Assembly: GCA_014727915.1 (NCBI GenBank)
Contig: WJMO01000005.1
Location: 160,001-224,000 of the forward strand
Origin: Candidatus Altiarchaeales archaeon
GTDB lineage: Archaea; Altiarchaeota; Altiarchaeia; IMC4; SCGC-AAA252-I15
Reading direction: 5' to 3'
Length of the DNA stretch: 64,000 bases
The translations under genes were made by a program, and so were the position numbers. Below, piece after piece: positions 58,993 through 64,000 of this stretch; positions within the stretch are counted from its first letter, which is position 1, and every line of letters starts with the position of its first letter. The notes under the pieces were generated by a model. That model saw nothing but the letters and a program-made list of their open reading frames with translations, did no database searches and was not told where the DNA came from.

Positions 58993-60294
58993 ATGCCTCC
59001 CAGATGGTTGGACTTCAGGGGTTGGTTCGGTCCCCGGCAGATACCTCCGGTGGACCCCGAGGAGATTGCCAAGCTGGACGAGCAGCTGAGGGACGTTGGC
59101 ACCCCCGATGAGCTGCTCAGTTTGAGGGGGACGTCCCTGGTATCCAAGCAGATGGACCGTACAATGGGCCTGGTCCTGAGGCGGACTAACAGGTTCGGCG
59201 AGGGCGAGTCCGAGTCGTCTCTGGCCTTCCTTAGCAATCGCATGGCTGCGGAGGAAAACCGCCTCGAATGGAATAGGATGCTCGCCTACAGTCTGCCCGT
59301 TCTTTTGAACACGGGGGCAGTGAGGGGTCGAAGAGATTGGAGGAGCTTCCAGGCTATCGTTGAGCGATTTCCCTCGGGCGATGCCGGGTCGATTCTAAGG
59401 CTAACCGAGGACACTCTGCCCCGGCTGGTTTCTGCATGCGGGGGTGGCAGGGAGTTCAGCCGGCAGGGCATGTGGGGTGCACTGGACCGCTCGTTAGATG
59501 ATGTATCCGCAGAGGAGAGGATGAACCCACGTCGCATGCTGGCTTTCACTGACTCCCTATCTGCTGCCATGGCCGCCAACAGCAGGTTACTGGTGGCTGA
59601 TGATGCCCTGCCCAGGATCGCGAGGAATCACACGAGAAACTTCACAGGTTCGTTCACTTACCTCCGTGACGACGTCGGTTTGAGAGGTGACTACCTTGAC
59701 ATGTGGGTCGACTTCATGCCTGCTGCGTTGAACCACCGGCAACCCATGGGCGATATGGGGAGCGAGCGGATGCTTGACATGCGGCCGGACATATGGGATG
59801 ATGTGGCCGACAGCTTCACGCGGATGGCCGAGCAGATGCAGGGGCTTTCCCACGAGGAGAGGGTGAGTTTCGGCAGGCTATTACCCGCTATAGTGGGGAG
59901 GGGGACCATGGTCCGCCGCAATGAACTGCCCAGCCTGTTAAGCACCGAGAGACAGCACCCCCAGTTCAGGAACCAACAACACGGCTACCTTGACCTCGTA
60001 GGTCTGCTTCCCCGCGGGGAGGGCAGGCACTCGGACCCCCAGATACTGGAGAGGTTCGCCTCCAACATGCTCAGCTTCATAGATGCCGGCGGCATAGACG
60101 TTGAATCCCGGCTCATACGTGCTGAGAACACGCGCTTCTGGATGGACGGCGTATACAGTCTCATGTCCGGGCTTCCGGAGGATCAGAGGGGTTTGGAGGG
60201 GGTGATCGAGCAGATGACTGCAAGGGCTCGGACGGGCGGATTCCGAACCCCTGAGGGATGGGGCGAATTCCTGGCTGGAAGGCGGATCACCTAG
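58993..60294 (+). CDS. Hypothetical alpha-helical protein
   Basis: 433-aa ORF starting 1 bp after the OsmC stop; no recognised family. Confidence 0.7.
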   Translation: MPPRWLDFRGWFGPRQIPPVDPEEIAKLDEQLRDVGTPDELLSLRGTSLVSKQMDRTMGLVLRRTNRFGEGESESSLAFLSNRMAAEENRLEWNRMLAYSLPVLLNTGAVRGRRDWRSFQAIVERFPSGDAGSILRLTEDTLPRLVSACGGGREFSRQGMWGALDRSLDDVSAEERMNPRRMLAFTDSLSAAMAANSRLLVADDALPRIARNHTRNFTGSFTYLRDDVGLRGDYLDMWVDFMPAALNHRQPMGDMGSERMLDMRPDIWDDVADSFTRMAEQMQGLSHEERVSFGRLLPAIVGRGTMVRRNELPSLLSTERQHPQFRNQQHGYLDLVGLLPRGEGRHSDPQILERFASNMLSFIDAGGIDVESRLIRAENTRFWMDGVYSLMSGLPEDQRGLEGVIEQMTARARTGGFRTPEGWGEFLAGRRIT

Positions 60295-60335
60295 CTTTTT
60301 TATTCTAATCTGTCATATGGCTTTATTCTCAAAAG

Positions 60336-61214
60336 ATGATTTTCGGAAATATTTCCGTCTTGGACGGTCATCTGCTGTTGGCAGCTGAGATATTGGCCGT
60401 GCTACTGGCCACCCTGCTCACAGCCAAGTCCGTTAACAAATTATTGCAGAGGATATTCCGGAGGAAGTCCAGGCGGCTGAGGATCGACGAGACCCAGTTC
60501 GTCGTGCTAAGGCGGGTGACTGTCTTCACAATCTATCTCGTGGGCTGCCTGTACGCCCTGAGCCTGATACCCGGCTTCGCTTCCCTGGGCACCTCCCTCC
60601 TCGCGTCCGCTGGGATACTGGCGTTGATACTTGGATTCGCAGCCCAGCACGCCTTCTCCAACGTGATATCCGGCATATTCATCGCGATTTTCGAGCCCTT
60701 CAGGGTAGGGGACAAGATAAAGCTCGTCGACGAATACGGGACCGTGGAAGACATAACCTTGCGTCATACTATCATCAAGACCTGGCAGGAAAAACGCATT
60801 GTAGTGCCTAATTCCAAGATTAGCGAGGAGTCCATCGTAAACTACTCCCTCCGGGACCCAAGGATTCTGGGGACATTGGAGGTCGGGATAAGCTACGACT
60901 CCGACATCGACAAGGCCCGGAAGATAATGGTGGAGGAGGCTCTGAAGCACCCTGACATAATGCGCGGGGTCAAGGACGACGAAAACGCCTTCCTGCCCAG
61001 GGAAGAGATAGCGAAGGTAAGGCTGGTGGAACTGTCGGATTTCGCCCAGGTCATGCGACTCTATTATTGGGCGCCGGACAAGACCAAAGAGTATCAGATA
61101 AGGTTCGACCTGACCGAGGCCATAAAGAAGCGCTTCGACAGGGACGGGATCGAAGTGCCGTTCCCCTACCGGACGATAGTCTACAAGAAGGACATCGGAA
61201 AGCCGAAAAGATGA
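60336..61214 (+). CDS. mscS: Small-conductance mechanosensitive channel
   Basis: LGFAAQ, PFRVGD, GTVEDITLRHT, VPNS, VGISYDSDI, IEVPFP. Confidence 0.93.
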   Translation: MIFGNISVLDGHLLLAAEILAVLLATLLTAKSVNKLLQRIFRRKSRRLRIDETQFVVLRRVTVFTIYLVGCLYALSLIPGFASLGTSLLASAGILALILGFAAQHAFSNVISGIFIAIFEPFRVGDKIKLVDEYGTVEDITLRHTIIKTWQEKRIVVPNSKISEESIVNYSLRDPRILGTLEVGISYDSDIDKARKIMVEEALKHPDIMRGVKDDENAFLPREEIAKVRLVELSDFAQVMRLYYWAPDKTKEYQIRFDLTEAIKKRFDRDGIEVPFPYRTIVYKKDIGKPKR

Positions 61215-61447
61215 TATCAAAGGAGAAGGTATTCTGGCTGCTGGCATCCCTCGCATCAGCTGCCTATATGCTTAACCCCGGCATGGGCGTCTTCGAATTA
61301 ATACCGGATAACCTGCCGGTGATAGGAAACTTCGACGAGATGTGGGCTGTCATAATACTGCTCAGGTCCCTGGTCGAGTTGAAGCTGGTCCCCGAGGACA
61401 AGATGAACCGGATACTCAACTTGAAAAAGAGCCTGTCAAAACCCTAG
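61211..61447 (+). CDS. DUF1232/YkvA-like membrane protein
   Basis: YMLNPGMGVFELIPDNLPVIGNFDE. Confidence 0.8.
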   Translation: MISKEKVFWLLASLASAAYMLNPGMGVFELIPDNLPVIGNFDEMWAVIILLRSLVELKLVPEDKMNRILNLKKSLSKP

Positions 61448-61465
61448 CATTCTGCTATGATATGG

Positions 61466-61996
61466 TCAGCTGGCGGGTTTTATCTCTGCGCTGCACCTGT
61501 CCCACCGGGGCGGCTTCTCGTAGACGGCCTTGAACTCCCTTGTGACTCCGGGGCCTAGGTTGCTGACCTTCAACGTCTTCTCTCCGCCTTCCACCACCTT
61601 CTTGTCGTCCGTCATCAGGTATGTTACAATTGTGAAGGCGTTGCTGGCCCTGCCTGTGGGGTTGGTCACATAGCCTGCGACCATCGCGTTCCCGTAGTCG
61701 TCTTCCGCGCAGGCAGCGACCACAGCCTTGACCTGCTTCAGGTCGAACTTGACCGTTGTGGTCGTGGGCTGAGGCTCCAAAGTGGCGGTCGTATGTGTCG
61801 TGTCAGGCGCAGGCTGCGAAACGTCAGTCGATTCCACGGCTGTAGTCGAGGTTGTCCCCGCCTCGTCTGCTTCTCCTTCCTGCTGGACTGAAGCGGCAGT
61901 GCTATAACCGCTAATCCCATCTCCAGGACTGCATATGCAACCTGCCAAGAAGGCCACAGCCACTAGTGTTAGAAAATTATTTTTCATTGAATCCAT
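61466..61996 (-). CDS. Putative lipoprotein with Thr-rich linker and FxLYD-like Ig domain
   Basis: Lipobox-like LAGC, Thr-rich linker, GYVTNP...LGPGVTREF. Confidence 0.7.
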   Translation of the reverse strand: MDSMKNNFLTLVAVAFLAGCICSPGDGISGYSTAASVQQEGEADEAGTTSTTAVESTDVSQPAPDTTHTTATLEPQPTTTTVKFDLKQVKAVVAACAEDDYGNAMVAGYVTNPTGRASNAFTIVTYLMTDDKKVVEGGEKTLKVSNLGPGVTREFKAVYEKPPRWDRCSAEIKPAS

Positions 61997-62040
61997 TATT
62001 GTAGTGGGTTTATTTATATCACTTGCATGTATTGTCTACT

Positions 62041-63666
62041 ATGGTTTTTGACGTGCTTACCAACTGGGAGCTGATATTCGCAATATTCCCTGGTCTGGTC
62101 CTATTCCTCTATGGGATAGAGCATTTCAGCGCTGAAATACAGCGCGTTGCTGGGGAGAGGTTCAGGGAGGCTCTTGGAAGGCTTACTAGCAATAGGCTAA
62201 AGGGTGCGTTTTTGGGATGTATCGTAACCGCACTGATACAATCCAGCACTGCCACGACTGTCATAGTTGTTGGTCTGGTCAACGCTGGAACCTTGTCTTT
62301 CGTCCAGAGCCTTGGGATAATCTTCGGCGCGAACGTTGGCACAACGATCACAGCTCAGCTGGTAGCCTTCAAACTAACATCGTTTGCTCCGATTTTCATA
62401 GTCTTGGGATTTCTACTTGGTTTGGTGGGTGGTAGGTATCAGTTCCTCGGAAAGCCCATCTTCTATTTTGGATTGGTGTTCTTCAGTTTGAACCTAATAT
62501 CTGACGGGATAATACCTTTGAAAAACGATCCCTCTGTCAACTCCCTTTTTGCCAGTCTCTCAAGCATACCTATTGCTATTATCGTGGGTTTCGTTTTCAC
62601 CACGCTAGTGCAGTCGAGCTCTGTCACCTCTGGGATAATCGTAGTTTTGTCCGAGGCTGGGTTGATAGGTTTGGATCAGGGCATACCCCTGCTGCTGGGT
62701 GCGGCGATTGGCACGACCACGACAGCACTGATTGCCTCCTCCAAGATGAGTTTGCATGCCAAAAGAGCTGCATATGCGAATCTGCTCTTCAATGTGGTTG
62801 GGGTGATATTATTACTTCCCTTCCTTGTTCCATTCACCTCCTTCATCGCCGGCTTTGGGGGTTCTCCAGGCCAGCAGATAGCGAACGCCCTTACAGTTTT
62901 CAGGTCAATATTTGCTGTGTTTTTCCTCTTCGTTCTCAAACCCTTCAAGAACCTGGTCGAGAAAATCGTCCCGGGAGAAGAGGAGGAGATACTTTTCCAA
63001 ACCAGATACCTACCTGACCGTCTTCCAGATGACAATGGTGAAGCATTCAAACTTGTTGAGAAGGAGCTGGGTTATCTGCTTGAGATAGTTGATAAACTTT
63101 ATGATGACTCAATACTAATGCTCAAATCCCAGAAGATAACGGGATTCCAGAGAATTGTGAAGATGGAGGCGTTGGCAGACTTTCTTGACGAAAAGATCGA
63201 GAAGAAGATTCTTGAGATATCACACAGGAAACTCGGAACTGAGGATGCCAGGCATATGATTCTGCTAGTCAGGATTTCAAACGCTTTAGAGCAGCTAGGT
63301 GACAAGGGCAAAGACATAAGCTCCACCATAAAGAACATGTGGGATTCAGGCACCTACCTGTCATCTGAATCAAGGGATGAGTTGGGCACTGTATATGACA
63401 GATTCAACGATAACATCGCAGTTCTCAGAAGAACATTCCCTAGTATATCCAAAAGTGAATCTGATTCCATGGTCAAGAACGACGAAGGTCTGATGGAGCT
63501 TATCAACACCTACTATGAGTCCCATCTCAAACGGCTTGCTGATAAAACCGACGATAGCATGTTCGTCGAGATACTTTCGCTAATAGAGGCTGCTAACTCT
63601 AAAACACGTGACATACGCAAATTATCCGAGGCTTATGGCGGGTCTGTGACGAGTAAAACGCATTAA
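62041..63666 (+). CDS. Na+/phosphate cotransporter with PhoU-like domains
   Basis: Two QSS(S/T) repeats, GANVGTTIT, SNALEQLGD. Confidence 0.92.
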   Translation: MVFDVLTNWELIFAIFPGLVLFLYGIEHFSAEIQRVAGERFREALGRLTSNRLKGAFLGCIVTALIQSSTATTVIVVGLVNAGTLSFVQSLGIIFGANVGTTITAQLVAFKLTSFAPIFIVLGFLLGLVGGRYQFLGKPIFYFGLVFFSLNLISDGIIPLKNDPSVNSLFASLSSIPIAIIVGFVFTTLVQSSSVTSGIIVVLSEAGLIGLDQGIPLLLGAAIGTTTTALIASSKMSLHAKRAAYANLLFNVVGVILLLPFLVPFTSFIAGFGGSPGQQIANALTVFRSIFAVFFLFVLKPFKNLVEKIVPGEEEEILFQTRYLPDRLPDDNGEAFKLVEKELGYLLEIVDKLYDDSILMLKSQKITGFQRIVKMEALADFLDEKIEKKILEISHRKLGTEDARHMILLVRISNALEQLGDKGKDISSTIKNMWDSGTYLSSESRDELGTVYDRFNDNIAVLRRTFPSISKSESDSMVKNDEGLMELINTYYESHLKRLADKTDDSMFVEILSLIEAANSKTRDIRKLSEAYGGSVTSKTH

Positions 63667-63712
63667 TCAAGTTTTATATACGTATTTCAAATCTGCTTAT
63701 TGAGGGTATTGT

Positions 63713-64000
63713 ATGTATCTGCTAGGTGAATTGACCGGAATGAAGGTATTTGATGGTGCTGGGGTCGATATAGGGTTGGTGGACGGCCTTAATTTTGTAT
63801 ATCCAGAATATCGTGTCTTGGACGTCTATTTCAGGGTGGTCGGGGAGAAAATGTCCGAGATACGTAATAGGCGCCTTGAATTCATACCCCTCGGGGAGGT
63901 GGATCTGATAGACGAAAACGTACGCCTCTACAAGGACATTGATTCTCTCAACCCTGTCATAAAAAATATAGACCTTGAATATGTTCACATGGTATTCCGC
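63713..64000 (+). CDS. PRC-barrel domain protein (3'-truncated by window, not in ORF track)
   Basis: MYLLGELTGMKVFDGAGVDIGLVDGLNF...FIPLGEVDLIDENVRL; open to the window end. Confidence 0.7.
   Translation, partial: MYLLGELTGMKVFDGAGVDIGLVDGLNFVYPEYRVLDVYFRVVGEKMSEIRNRRLEFIPLGEVDLIDENVRLYKDIDSLNPVIKNIDLEYVHMVFR

Noticed and set aside
63722-63988. Minus-strand 88-aa ORF in the track
   Set aside because: It is the antisense shadow of the plus-strand PRC-barrel gene starting at 63713.

Overview
Archaeal chromosomal window of moderately high GC, densely coding. Archaeal markers are aIF5B, Orc1/Cdc6, NAC, SepF, a Dph2 fragment and a geranylgeranyl reductase. The gene content resembles Ca. Altiarchaeota/DPANN-related genomes, which is an inference. 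Main blocks: housekeeping genes (leuB, infB, dcd, dapA, glmS, cdc6, sepF, thpR, nac); a DUF835-wHTH / response regulator / 7-PAS histidine kinase signalling operon; an FG-GAP propeller surface protein facing a six-gene MoxR-DUF58-vWA operon; and a ferredoxin plus GGR followed by a 14-gene Ehb-like group 4 [NiFe] energy-converting hydrogenase operon, with a HycI protease nearby. There are also two convergent KaiC-like ATPases behind sepF and several orphan genes wedged between core genes. The ORF track missed three things: a 57-aa 2x[4Fe-4S] ferredoxin (32256-32429), a PRC-barrel gene at the right edge, and a cryptic Cys-rich membrane-protein gene (44151-44666, minus) broken by six in-frame stops and a homopolymer frameshift. 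I saw no tRNA, rRNA, CRISPR array or transposase. All family calls come from motif recognition by eye, not database searches.
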